Source: a virus (lineage: Duplodnaviria; Caudoviricetes). Taken from it: a stretch of 64,000 nt of DNA. The notes under the pieces are model-generated. The model was not told where the DNA came from and searched no databases. It saw nothing but the letters and a program-made list of their open reading frames with translations. How positions within the stretch are numbered: the first letter of the stretch is position 1; each line of letters opens with the position of its first letter. Both the position numbers and the translations under genes were made by a program. Shown here one piece after another: positions 1 through 8,996 of this stretch. The stretch spans positions 5,678 through 69,677 of the IMG/VR virus record IMGVR_UViG_3300021387_000544; one strand, given 5' to 3'.

Positions 1-161
1 TCAAGGCTCAGTGAGTCTAGCGACTTCTCCTCCGTCGACTCCGGTTCTCCGAGAAGGCGTACCGTGCGGTCGCCAATCTTACATTCGATTGAACTCTGGT
101 ACTTGATGGGCGTCTCGCCTGCCCATGCCACCTCTTTTGTCTGAATTTTGAACTTTTCCAT
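1..161 (-). CDS. Hypothetical protein, truncated at window edge
   Basis: Manual translation MEKFKIQTKEVAWAGETPIKYQSS..., open to position 1. Confidence 0.5.
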   Translation of the reverse strand, partial: MEKFKIQTKEVAWAGETPIKYQSSIECKIGDRTVRLLGEPESTEEKSLDSLSL

Positions 162-187
162 AATTATAAATGGTTATTGAAATTTTA

Positions 188-307
188 CTATCTCTTCGAC
201 GTACACCAGTTGTCGGTGCATTGCCAGTAGCCTGCGAGCCATGCCTCCTCGGCGGTGGCATCCGGATGCTCACTCAGCCACCTCTCCATCTGATCCTTGT
301 ACGTCAT
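188..307 (-). CDS. Small hypothetical protein (39 aa)
   Basis: Manual translation MTYKDQMERWLSEHPDATAEEAWLAGYWQCTDNWCTSKR; below ORF-track cutoff, fits operon. Confidence 0.55.
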   Translation of the reverse strand: MTYKDQMERWLSEHPDATAEEAWLAGYWQCTDNWCTSKR

Positions 308-668
308 AGCCGTGCCTGATTGTGTCGTTTCCGACGATGATGGCCGATGTGGAGTCGAACGCCTGCAGGTACTTGTCTAGGCAACACCCTATAGAGTCGC
401 GCTGATGTTCAGCGGTAATTGCCCTCGCCCTTCCGCTTGTAAAAGTGACCACCCAGATGACCGTCGTTACGACAATGAAGATGACTATTGACGCCTTGGG
501 AAACTTCGACACGGCTGCGGCCAGACGCTCGAAGAGGTACTTGCAGAGGCTGATAAAACCGAAGACCATGCAGGTAATAATGCGCCAGATGCCCCACCCT
601 GCATTTTTGAGGCCTGAAAGGATGCACACCTTCCACTGGTGAAATGATTCAAATAAAAGATTCTTCAT
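270..668 (-). CDS. Hypothetical membrane protein
   Basis: Two hydrophobic segments; AT-rich leader tatagcgtATG. Confidence 0.7.
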   Translation of the reverse strand: MKNLLFESFHQWKVCILSGLKNAGWGIWRIITCMVFGFISLCKYLFERLAAAVSKFPKASIVIFIVVTTVIWVVTFTSGRARAITAEHQRDSIGCCLDKYLQAFDSTSAIIVGNDTIRHGYDVQGSDGEVAE

Positions 669-680
669 ACGCTATATTTT

Positions 681-1448
681 TTAGTCTGATAATGACGATT
701 TGATGACATCACGATAAGATCCTGCAAGATTCCCTTCCACGAACACTTTGAGAGGTATGGCCTCAGTACGGCGCTCAGTCTTCGTGACGAGCTTCGTTGC
801 TGTGTAGACGGATTCCGGGTCGTTTGCAGACATCCGCTTTGCGACCATCTGCGCGGAGGCCTTGTCGATATCGTCCTCCATGGTCTCCTGGGTGCGTGCC
901 TTGCTGTCGTACCTGGTGACACAGTAGGTCTCGTCAGGCTCTTCCAGGCTCTCGGTGTCGATGACGGTGGTATAGAAGTTGATGTCGCGGTCAGGCATGG
1001 ATACCGTCACCATCGGAGTGGTCTCAAGCTCCGTCTGCTGCGGGTCGCCCAGTGTCCATGCCTCAGGCAGCTTGCACCATCGCATGAACTGATGGTAGAA
1101 CTCTTCTGACTCCTGATTCATCTCCCTGACGCCGTTCATCGTCTGGTAGTCGCGGAAGAAGCGGAAGAAGCGGTCGTAGGCCTTTGCAAGGTTCTCCAGT
1201 TCCATCTTGACGGCGTGGCGCCTGGCCCCGGCGACGTCGAAGAGGTTGTCGACCTCTCCCTGCAGACGGAAGGCCGTAGTGTAGAGACAGTGCATGGCGC
1301 ATACGAGGAACGATATTCGGCTGAAGAGTCCGAGTTCCTCTGCCTTCCTGGTGTCGAGCGCGCCGGCTCCGTGCTGCCGGATGAGGCTCATGACCTTCTT
1401 GATGTCACCGGGCGACGGTGTGTTGTTAATCACTTTCTCATTCTTCAT
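681..1448 (-). CDS. Hypothetical protein
   Basis: 255-aa ORF in leftward operon. Confidence 0.8.
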   Translation of the reverse strand: MKNEKVINNTPSPGDIKKVMSLIRQHGAGALDTRKAEELGLFSRISFLVCAMHCLYTTAFRLQGEVDNLFDVAGARRHAVKMELENLAKAYDRFFRFFRDYQTMNGVREMNQESEEFYHQFMRWCKLPEAWTLGDPQQTELETTPMVTVSMPDRDINFYTTVIDTESLEEPDETYCVTRYDSKARTQETMEDDIDKASAQMVAKRMSANDPESVYTATKLVTKTERRTEAIPLKVFVEGNLAGSYRDVIKSSLSD

Positions 1449-1547
1449 TTGTATTCTCTCCCATATGTTGTGCGATATAGGCTATGTCGTTCGCGATGAC
1501 CACGACCGCGACGGCAGAAGCCGCAATCAACAAGACTGTTACTATTG

Positions 1548-1829
1548 TCATTTTCTTGATTCTTTATATTTTCTGTATCTGTCTATGAGTCCTTCCTCTT
1601 CGAACATCCAGTGCGATGAGTTTCCATCAGCACGTTCGCCTCCGATCTGCTCTGCAATGTCGCAGACGGTCTTCCTGGTGATGCCGAGCATCTCCGCAGC
1701 CTGCCTTGAGTTGAGCAGTCTGTTCTTCCTCGGCATGAGCCTTGCCATTCGCTGCATGAAACGGTCGTTGTTGACGAGGTTTTCCACGACGGCAGAAGAG
1801 ATGCGCTGGATGTCGTAGTCAGTTAGCAT
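1548..1829 (-). CDS. HTH DNA-binding protein (excisionase/MerR-like)
   Basis: LLNSRQAAEMLGITRKTV motif. Confidence 0.75.
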   Translation of the reverse strand: MLTDYDIQRISSAVVENLVNNDRFMQRMARLMPRKNRLLNSRQAAEMLGITRKTVCDIAEQIGGERADGNSSHWMFEEEGLIDRYRKYKESRK

Positions 1830-1835
1830 TGTTTA

Positions 1836-2561
1836 TTACTTTTTCGACTCGCGCCATTTGACAATCATATCAGAGATAATATCAAAGATTGGCTGCAGCA
1901 ATCCCTTACGCTCTGCAACATCTAATTTACTCTCCCTGCTGAACAATTTTGTATAACTGTTAATGCTCTTGTCGTACTTGTAATACAGGTCTTTGTAAAC
2001 AGAATGCCATACATCCTTCTGAGGGGTATTCGTTGCAGCGGAATACTCGTTTACCAAAGCAATGATATTCTTGCGCAGTGTCATGGCAGGCACAACATTG
2101 GTCGAAACTTGTGCTTCAAGAAGTAAACGGCCGTTTTCTGCACGCTCCGTTTCCATGTCCTCCACTTTCTTCTCCAAAGCATTGAGACGATTCTCATTTT
2201 CAAGATTAATCTGGGCTTGAAGCGCAAACATCTGTACCGAAGTCAAAGCCTTTGGTGTCTCCAAATTTGCCTTCTCCAATTCCTCCCAGCGGATTACCAA
2301 CTTTGCCCTGGCTTCGTCGTTGAACTTGGTGGCAACATATAAGCACTCGCGCTTGTTGAGGTAGTAGCAGGGGCGAGACTGGTTGTTTGCGTCCTTGTAG
2401 GAGCCGAGGGAAAATTTTCCCTGGGCTACTTTCTCCCATGATGGTTCCATGTTACGGATGGCTTTCAGCACATCATTGTGCGGCTTGCCTGTGACCTGAG
2501 CAATCTCAAGACTGCTCATTGTCTTACGGCTTTCACCGAACTGAATTAACTCATTATTCAT
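1836..2561 (-). CDS. rha: Rha-family phage regulatory/antirepressor protein
   Basis: MSSLEIAQVTGKPHNDVLKAIRNM...YLNKRECLYVATKFNDEARAKLVIRWEELE. Confidence 0.85.
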   Translation of the reverse strand: MNNELIQFGESRKTMSSLEIAQVTGKPHNDVLKAIRNMEPSWEKVAQGKFSLGSYKDANNQSRPCYYLNKRECLYVATKFNDEARAKLVIRWEELEKANLETPKALTSVQMFALQAQINLENENRLNALEKKVEDMETERAENGRLLLEAQVSTNVVPAMTLRKNIIALVNEYSAATNTPQKDVWHSVYKDLYYKYDKSINSYTKLFSRESKLDVAERKGLLQPIFDIISDMIVKWRESKK

Positions 2562-2581
2562 ACGCGTTCATTATTTATATA

Positions 2582-2821
2582 TTACTGCTTATTTTTTCGG
2601 TTAACATCGTCAGGATGGACGACGCTGATCGTGATAGTGTTTGTGGAACGGTCTACCTTGGTTGTGTAGGTCATTCCGTCTTCTCTCGGATACGCTGCTT
2701 TTGCCCTTGACACAAGGTTCTTGACCGATTCAATCGCCTTGTAGTCAGGCAGCGTAACGGTCAGGCTTCCTCCTGTACCGATTGCGTTGATGTCGAATGT
2801 CGAAATTTTATCTGCTACCAT
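2582..2821 (-). CDS. Small putative DNA-binding protein (Cro position)
   Basis: First gene of the leftward lytic transcript, divergent from the repressor. Confidence 0.6.
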   Translation of the reverse strand: MVADKISTFDINAIGTGGSLTVTLPDYKAIESVKNLVSRAKAAYPREDGMTYTTKVDRSTNTITISVVHPDDVNRKNKQ

Positions 2822-2886
2822 TCTTTAATTTGTTTAAATTATACTTAAATTTAATCTCAAAATTTGGCAGCATCACGGATTTTCCG

Positions 2887-2896
2887 TATATTTGCA
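2887..2896 (+). promoter_or_regulatory. Bacteroidota -7 promoter box (rightward, towards repressor)
   Basis: TATATTTGCA. Confidence 0.6.
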
Positions 2897-2973
2897 GTCC
2901 CCACTGAAAGTCGCGGATTTTATTCATCCGTGATGGTCTGCCTTGTGTGAGGTTGTATTTACCAAAACACGAG

Positions 2974-2983
2974 TGCAAAGATA
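2974..2983 (-). promoter_or_regulatory. Bacteroidota -7 promoter box (leftward lytic)
   Basis: TATCTTTGCA on minus strand. Confidence 0.65.
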
Positions 2984-3082
2984 GTCAATATTCTGCTATA
3001 TTCCAAATTATAGCAAATAAATGATGTAATATTAAAGAATAATTAAGGTTACTAAAGATATTTTCACTAAATATTGCGCTAT

Positions 3083-3754
3083 ATGACACCTTATAAAGAA
3101 TTTGGAGAGTTCATCAGCGACTTCTTTGGCCAATATATGCCAGGGATGACGCAGACGGAGATTGCCAGGGGACTCGGCACTCAACAGTCAGTAGTGTCAA
3201 AATGGTATGGCGGAGAAAGACTTCCTACCGAAGACATGGTCCGCAGGATAAATGATTTACTCGGAAAGGACATAGGCGACCGGGTAAAGTCCGCTAAACA
3301 GAACAGAAGAATCTATTTGTCAGCAGAGGAAGTATCAAAGAAACCTTCCGTCGATGTTGTAGCCGACATTAGGGAGAATTACAGGCCGAGAGTCGATGTG
3401 TATGCCAATGCAGGCATACTGACGGAACAGATTGATGCTTCATTCGAGCAGATGCCGGTGATCGCACAGATGCCGAAGTATGACTTCACCATCATCGTCA
3501 AGGGTGACTCCATGGAGCCTGAGTTCCGAAGCGGAGAGGAGATAGCATGCCTCAACGTTAAGAACACAAGCTACCGCCAGTGGGGCAGGCCTCATGTGCT
3601 CAATACCTCCCAGGGTGTGGTGCTGAAAAGGATCTATCGGGGAGAAAGAGGCTACATCTGCCGTTCAGACAACCCGAAATATCCAGATTTCGAGGTTCCA
3701 GAAGAAGATGTATGGCAGATTGCGCTAGTTGTAGGAATGCTAAGGACCTATTAA
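3083..3754 (+). CDS. cI: CI/LexA-like repressor (XRE HTH + S24 peptidase)
   Basis: N-terminal HTH (MTQTEIARGLGTQQSVVSKW); C-terminal VKGDSMEP...VLKR S24 motifs. Confidence 0.9.
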   Translation: MTPYKEFGEFISDFFGQYMPGMTQTEIARGLGTQQSVVSKWYGGERLPTEDMVRRINDLLGKDIGDRVKSAKQNRRIYLSAEEVSKKPSVDVVADIRENYRPRVDVYANAGILTEQIDASFEQMPVIAQMPKYDFTIIVKGDSMEPEFRSGEEIACLNVKNTSYRQWGRPHVLNTSQGVVLKRIYRGERGYICRSDNPKYPDFEVPEEDVWQIALVVGMLRTY

Positions 3755-3765
3755 ATTCACACGAT

Positions 3766-4191
3766 ATGGAAAAGAACTGCGAAAGAGGTATAGACCGCAT
3801 TCATGCGCTGGCCAACTGGCTGATAGCACACAAGGTCGTGAGGTCGCTGCAGAACTTTGAGACGGTGTGCGGGCTGTCGAAATATTATATCAAGAACCTT
3901 TCCGCAACGGAAAAGGGCAACCCTGGACTGGACGTCGTGGCAAAGATATACGACGTGTTCCCTTCCGTAAACCTGAAGTGGATGGTTACCGGGAAGGGCA
4001 ATATGTTCACGGTCAGGAATGAGGATGAACTGGCAGAGAGGCTCAGGATAGACATGGTGACCAACCAGGTGCTGTCTGCCAACAAGACTGAGGCGGACCT
4101 GAAGGATGCTCTGAAGAAGACGCTTCAGGATCTGAAGGACGACCTGACGGCAGAGCAGAAGGTTGCATTATTGGAAAAACTGCTGAAATAA
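3766..4191 (+). CDS. XRE-like HTH protein
   Basis: NPGLDVVAKIYDVFPSVNLKWMVTGKGNM; ATG at 3766. Confidence 0.75.
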   Translation: MEKNCERGIDRIHALANWLIAHKVVRSLQNFETVCGLSKYYIKNLSATEKGNPGLDVVAKIYDVFPSVNLKWMVTGKGNMFTVRNEDELAERLRIDMVTNQVLSANKTEADLKDALKKTLQDLKDDLTAEQKVALLEKLLK

Positions 4192-4467
4192 TGATACGAA
4201 TATGATACTGTTTTCAAAAATATTCCCGTAAACGACTGAGTATCAGCGAATGCAGTTATTCCCCTATCGACTACTGAAGGGGTTTTCGAGCCCCTTTTTT
4301 GTTGTACTAAAAATCAGACAGTTACATCTATAACACACTGAAAACCAATAGTATAAAAGAATCAAGACTCTCGAAAAGCCTGTCCTAAAGTGGCTGAAAG
4401 CGGCAGAAAGTGGCGGGTGCTAGTGATACAAAATGTGATACAAAATTTTGGGGAAATGATACAAAAG
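4191..4467. other. Putative attP (core 4258-4274 with flanking arm-type repeats)
   Basis: TGATAC x2 at 4192-4208; GTGATACAAAAT tandem at 4423-4446 plus ATGATACAAAA at 4456; tRNA-like core ATTCCCCTATCGACTAC; IHF-like AATCAGACAGTTA at 4312-4324. Confidence 0.7.
4277..4301 (+). terminator. Intrinsic terminator
   Basis: AAGGGG-ttttcgag-CCCCTT followed by a T run. Confidence 0.7.
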
Positions 4468-4511
4468 CCCTGATTAGGGAATCGAACCCCCACAAAAAAC
4501 AACAATTCATT

Positions 4512-5696
4512 ATGAAAATACCGACAATAAGATTCGTATTCGACAGAAGGAATACTGCAGGAAAGAACGGTAAGGGCTATGTAGAAATGGTGATTACCTG
4601 TGATAAGCAGCGAAAGTTCGTCGCCACTGGTGTTACATGCTATCCGCACAACTGGAAAGGCGACAACAAGCGCAATATCTATGTCTCAGGCACGGGTGCG
4701 GACATGGAACTGAACCAGATACTGCTCACGATTTACCAGAAAGCCTACAGAATCGTCTCGCAGCAGGTCGAGAGCGGTCAGGTGGATATATCTGCCATCC
4801 CTGCGCTTTTGAAGGCTCAGAACGTGGATATGACGTTTCTGGACTATGTCTTCAGACGCATGGAGAAGAAAAACGTCGTGGAATACACCAAGAGGTCGTA
4901 TGTAAGTTTCTACAACAAGTTGTCTGAGTATGGCAGTATCAAGTTCTTCTCAGACATCACGGAAAAGGCCATCAGGGACTTCGACGAGTGGCTGCATGCC
5001 TATAAATGGACCGAGAAGGATGCAAGAGGCAATGATATCGTGAAAACGTACTCACAGGCCACGATAGGCTCGTTTCACAAGAACCTGAAGAACTTCATCG
5101 CTGATGCGGTCGTAGACGGATACCTGAAAGAGAACGTTTATGTGTCGAAGGCCATCAAGGTTGACAAGGGGAAGACCAGGATAGACGAGTTCCTCACGGC
5201 AGAAGAGTTAGAGTCCATAGAGAAGGCCGATATGCACCTCAGGAGCCTCTCGGAGTCAAGAGACCTGTTCCTGATGCAGTGCTACAGCGGTATGGCGTTC
5301 GTGGATCTGATGTCGTTCAATTTCTCTGAGGTGAAGGGCATGGAGGACGGAAGTGTTATCCATGGTGTACGCCACAAGACGGGTACGGAGTTCTCGTTCG
5401 TTCTGACGGACAAGGCAAGGGAGATCCTGGAGAAATACGGCTGGAGGCTGCCAAAACTGCCAAACCAGAAATACAATGCGAGGCTGAAGATGGTTGCCGA
5501 TGCCGCCTGGATAGAAAAGAACCTGACATCGCACATGGGAAGGAGGTCTGCGGGCATGATATGGCTGAACATGGGCATCCCCATCGAGATCGTGAGCCGA
5601 TGTCTTGGCCACTCTTCCATCATAACGACTCAGAAGGCATATGCAAGGGTGCTGGACAAGACCATCGCGGAGGCATTTGCGAAAAAGGCGAAATAG
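4512..5696 (+). CDS. int: Tyrosine integrase (arm-binding, SAM-like and catalytic domains)
   Basis: SGMAFVDL, HMGRR, LGHSSIITTQKAY motifs; start set at ATG 4512. Confidence 0.92.
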   Translation: MKIPTIRFVFDRRNTAGKNGKGYVEMVITCDKQRKFVATGVTCYPHNWKGDNKRNIYVSGTGADMELNQILLTIYQKAYRIVSQQVESGQVDISAIPALLKAQNVDMTFLDYVFRRMEKKNVVEYTKRSYVSFYNKLSEYGSIKFFSDITEKAIRDFDEWLHAYKWTEKDARGNDIVKTYSQATIGSFHKNLKNFIADAVVDGYLKENVYVSKAIKVDKGKTRIDEFLTAEELESIEKADMHLRSLSESRDLFLMQCYSGMAFVDLMSFNFSEVKGMEDGSVIHGVRHKTGTEFSFVLTDKAREILEKYGWRLPKLPNQKYNARLKMVADAAWIEKNLTSHMGRRSAGMIWLNMGIPIEIVSRCLGHSSIITTQKAYARVLDKTIAEAFAKKAK

Positions 5697-5768
5697 AGGT
5701 TTTTGTATCCCAATTGTAGTACTACAGAAGCACTACAGAAGTACTACACCACAAATTTCACTAAAAAA

Positions 5769-5808
5769 AAGAGTCGGGAGGGGAGTTCATTGTTCCCCTA
5801 CCCGCTCT
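5769..5808. terminator. Bidirectional terminator between int and the radical SAM gene
   Basis: GAGTCGGGAGGGGA...TTCCCCTACCCGCTC hairpin with an A run on the left. Confidence 0.6.
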
Positions 5809-5814
5809 GTTGCT

Positions 5815-6774
5815 TTAGAACAGTTCAAGTTGCCGCTTGTCCTGTCTTATGTCCACTTTGCCATAATCCTCAAATCGCGGGCATCTGGCAAATATCATCC
5901 TGTTGTTGCACCATCGCTGAAGGTCATGGTAGACGTGATCGGCATTCTGCTTGTCGTAAATCATCACATATGCCCAATATCCCAGGTCGCGCAGGGTGTA
6001 TATGCGTTCCAGATCCTGCTCAATCGTGCTTGTGTGGTTTACTAGGACATAGACGATGGAGTTATGCAAATGATGCTTTGTTCTGCATATCTCTGAAAAC
6101 ATCTTGAGTTTCGGCAGAATATTGTCCTTGTCCTCATACCTGTCCCATGCGAAATGGATGTCCTTTATGCGGATACGGCTTATTGCCATGCATTTCTCCT
6201 CTGTCAGCATCCGTGCATCAAGTCCCTGGTTGAAGTCTATCAATGCGCGGCTTTCCTCCAATTGGAAGAGCAGGTCTTTCCATTCCTTACAGGCAAGTAT
6301 GTTTGGGTCACACAACACAATATTTTTGCCCCCCCCAGTAAAAAATTCTGACAAATTTGCAACTTTCCTGCTGCACAGGCCCTCCTTCTTCCCGACAATA
6401 CAGAATTGGCATCCACGCGGACATCCTCGCGTCAGGAATCCGTATGCGGTGTGAGTGATCCCGTAGAGCGAATAGTCGGGATAGATATGCTCTATCTCAC
6501 CAGGAAGCGGACTGTCGTCTTCCATTTGATAATGCTCGCCTCCTGCTCCGTGAATAGCATAGCCAGTACCGCCTTTAATGACCTTGTCGGCATTTATGAC
6601 GTAACCGAAGTCGGGAGTGAAGGAAAACACCTTCGACATATACACCAGACTATAGTGCGTGAACGGGTTATACCATTCCACGTCGTCGCCCTGATGCTTG
6701 TGCCATGCCGACAACTTCATCAGAGCCAGGTTTGGGAAGTTGTGTCCGTCAACGTCAATCAGCCCGATTTTCAT
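5815..6774 (-). CDS. Radical SAM protein
   Basis: RGCPRGCQFC CxxxCxxC motif; N-terminus MKIGLIDVDGHNFPNLALMKLS. Confidence 0.85.
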   Translation of the reverse strand: MKIGLIDVDGHNFPNLALMKLSAWHKHQGDDVEWYNPFTHYSLVYMSKVFSFTPDFGYVINADKVIKGGTGYAIHGAGGEHYQMEDDSPLPGEIEHIYPDYSLYGITHTAYGFLTRGCPRGCQFCIVGKKEGLCSRKVANLSEFFTGGGKNIVLCDPNILACKEWKDLLFQLEESRALIDFNQGLDARMLTEEKCMAISRIRIKDIHFAWDRYEDKDNILPKLKMFSEICRTKHHLHNSIVYVLVNHTSTIEQDLERIYTLRDLGYWAYVMIYDKQNADHVYHDLQRWCNNRMIFARCPRFEDYGKVDIRQDKRQLELF

Positions 6775-6989
6775 TTCCTGTATATCTCATTTGCACGATC
6801 CACGATTTTCTGACGGCAGTTACTGTCGAGGTTCGAGTACCAGAACATCGTGCGGTCGACCATCGTGAAGGCATCCAGCCACTTGCCATAGATATGGTTG
6901 CCGAGGTCTCTGCCGAAAAGCGCCCTCGCCTCGTCGGCGCTCCACTTGTTGTAAACGTAGAGCATGAAATTAGTCACTTCGTTGTTCAT
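6771..6989 (-). CDS. Hypothetical protein
   Basis: Coupled by ATGA overlaps to neighbours. Confidence 0.75.
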   Translation of the reverse strand: MNNEVTNFMLYVYNKWSADEARALFGRDLGNHIYGKWLDAFTMVDRTMFWYSNLDSNCRQKIVDRANEIYRK

Positions 6990-7501
6990 TGCTTTTCTGA
7001 TTTTGAGTTATTGTTGCTTTCTTCCTGTCTCTTCCTTCTGGTCACCCATGCCTTCCTGGCTCTCTCCTTCAGCTTCGCAGGGTTCATCCTGCACCAGCGC
7101 TTGACAGACATAATACGCTTCGCTTTGGTCTCATCACTCTCAACGTGACCTTTCTTGAACTCACCGTCTGGATTGTGACGTATCCCCTTCTTGAAGGAAC
7201 CGGGTTTTCCCGTCCTCTTGCTGACAATGTGCGCCAACTGTCTTCGCTCCTCCCATACTGCTGCAAGCCATGCGGGGTCTTTCTCCAGTCCTAACTCCCT
7301 CGCTTTGCGTATCATGGTGCGCTGGCTGACACCTAGGCATCCTGCCAGTTCCTCGTTCAGGGTTGTCGCATAGTGACGCCTGAGGTAGTCGAGCATGTCC
7401 TTGTTCCAGAAGATGCGCGTGGCATATCCCTGGTGCTCCATGATGCGACCGTATGAAGGATGGTATCTCTTGCCGTCCGGTACTTTCTTATATACTGCCA
7501 T
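6986..7501 (-). CDS. Basic DNA-binding protein (HTH + NUMOD3-like motifs)
   Basis: TTLNEELAGCLGVSQRTMIRKARELGL; GSFKKG and GEFKKGH motifs. Confidence 0.7.
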   Translation of the reverse strand: MAVYKKVPDGKRYHPSYGRIMEHQGYATRIFWNKDMLDYLRRHYATTLNEELAGCLGVSQRTMIRKARELGLEKDPAWLAAVWEERRQLAHIVSKRTGKPGSFKKGIRHNPDGEFKKGHVESDETKAKRIMSVKRWCRMNPAKLKERARKAWVTRRKRQEESNNNSKSEKQ

Positions 7502-7507
7502 GGTCGT

Positions 7508-7708
7508 CTACGCTAAATGATGACCAGCCATTTCGGCATAGTCGATGATCTCATAAAGTATCTTCTTGTCGCAATTCCGCATACGGAGGTATTCTGCCCT
7601 GCTGTATGACAGGAGGTCGCCGAGAGTCGTGATGCCGTTTGCGGAAAGGAAACTCAGTGCCCTCACGGTGAGGAGGTCTCGGTTCAGGGGGTCTGACATG
7701 CTGCTCAT
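7508..7708 (-). CDS. RNA polymerase alpha-CTD-like protein
   Basis: LTVRALSFLSANGITTLGDLLSYSRAEYLRMRNCDKKILYEI resembles the RpoA CTD consensus. Confidence 0.7.
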   Translation of the reverse strand: MSSMSDPLNRDLLTVRALSFLSANGITTLGDLLSYSRAEYLRMRNCDKKILYEIIDYAEMAGHHLA

Positions 7709-7914
7709 ATGTCGCCTATGCTTGCCTCCTCCAAGTGATTGTAGTGCTTACAGGTGTTTTTCCACAGGTTCCTGTAATACTCGTTCTCCAACTGTCCGGC
7801 CAGGCTCGAAATCTCAGGCCAGCGCGCCCATGACCATTCCTCGTCCAGGCGGTTTATTCTCTTCAGCAGATCCTTGTCGTGCTGCGACAGGTCTTCATAA
7901 TTTGGTCTTTCCAT
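7705..7914 (-). CDS. Hypothetical protein
   Basis: Start reassigned to MERPNYEDL (aagcgtATG leader). Confidence 0.65.
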   Translation of the reverse strand: MERPNYEDLSQHDKDLLKRINRLDEEWSWARWPEISSLAGQLENEYYRNLWKNTCKHYNHLEEASIGDI

Positions 7915-7942
7915 ACGCTTTAAAGTTTTATATAAACGGTTA

Positions 7943-8536
7943 TTATTTGTCATCCACGAAATAAACACCGGCATTGTGGCCAAAAAGAGTCTTGACAAGC
8001 CTCACCTCGATTTCGTTCTCTGTCTCGTATTCACCGTCTGACGTCTTCAGAATAGCCTTCCATCCGTCATCCTCGTACTCGTCGACGTCATCATCTTCTG
8101 CATGCCACTCGATGCTCCTGACGCCGTCAAAGGGGATCATGCAGCCTCCTATATTGACCATACGGCTGCGGATGAAGGTCTCCAGCTTACGCGAATATGT
8201 CTGCTCGTCATCGTATTCCTGGAGGAACGAAGAGCGTTTAGCGTAGCTGCCGAGGTAGTCTTCTCGGTCGAACTTGACCACGTCTCCGTCAGGGGAAAGG
8301 TGGGACATGTACTCAATGAAATTCCTCACCTTCGGAATCATGTCCTTGATGTACGCAACCTTCTTTGCACGCGCCTCAACGGCCTCCTCTTCCGTGTCGT
8401 AGAACTTAGACCCGAACGGCATGCTTAAAAAGTCGTTTTCACCGGAGACAAGCACCTTGCCGTCTTCAACGATTGCGACCGTCTCATGGACTCCCAGATC
8501 GCGGTCGAGCTCCCACATTTTCTTTTTCTCTATCAT
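7943..8536 (-). CDS. Hypothetical protein
   Basis: 197-aa ORF with tatagcgtATG leader. Confidence 0.8.
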   Translation of the reverse strand: MIEKKKMWELDRDLGVHETVAIVEDGKVLVSGENDFLSMPFGSKFYDTEEEAVEARAKKVAYIKDMIPKVRNFIEYMSHLSPDGDVVKFDREDYLGSYAKRSSFLQEYDDEQTYSRKLETFIRSRMVNIGGCMIPFDGVRSIEWHAEDDDVDEYEDDGWKAILKTSDGEYETENEIEVRLVKTLFGHNAGVYFVDDK

Positions 8537-8996
8537 ACGCTATATTTTCGTTTAAATCAATGTTCAAATTTTAGTGCGCCCTATTGCGAAAATGAGAAAT
8601 CGCAAATTTGACAAAATAATATAATTTGCCCTTTACCTCCGAAAGAGGGGTTCTTAGGGGAGGATTGTATCATCTGGATTAAATTTCCTTCAGATCCGAG
8701 CAACAGATAGGACTCTCCAATTGCAGTCTAAGTCTTTCGCTTTACTTTTACCCTCTGGGCTTCGGTATGACCTGTCGTCAGGGCTGGACGTTGCAGGATT
8801 AGCGTTCTGTTACTAATCAGGAGCTTTTTGTCTTTTTGGTTTTGCATGCTGTTAAGTGGCTACGGATGGAACTTTCAGCAAAACGCCTAAAATGGCGAAA
8901 CCCCCGCAACGTGTCGTAGTTCGTGCAGGGGTTTCTATATTGTGCTCCTAGGAGCCAATTTTCGATAAGACTGCTATCGCTACGACTCGATTGCGC

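Noticed and set aside
4255-4280. Complete tRNA gene
   Set aside because: Only a 3' fragment is present; no D or anticodon arm upstream
4410-4511. N-terminal extension of the integrase from the ORF track
   Set aside because: Runs through att arm repeats; ATG 4512 has the typical AT-rich leader
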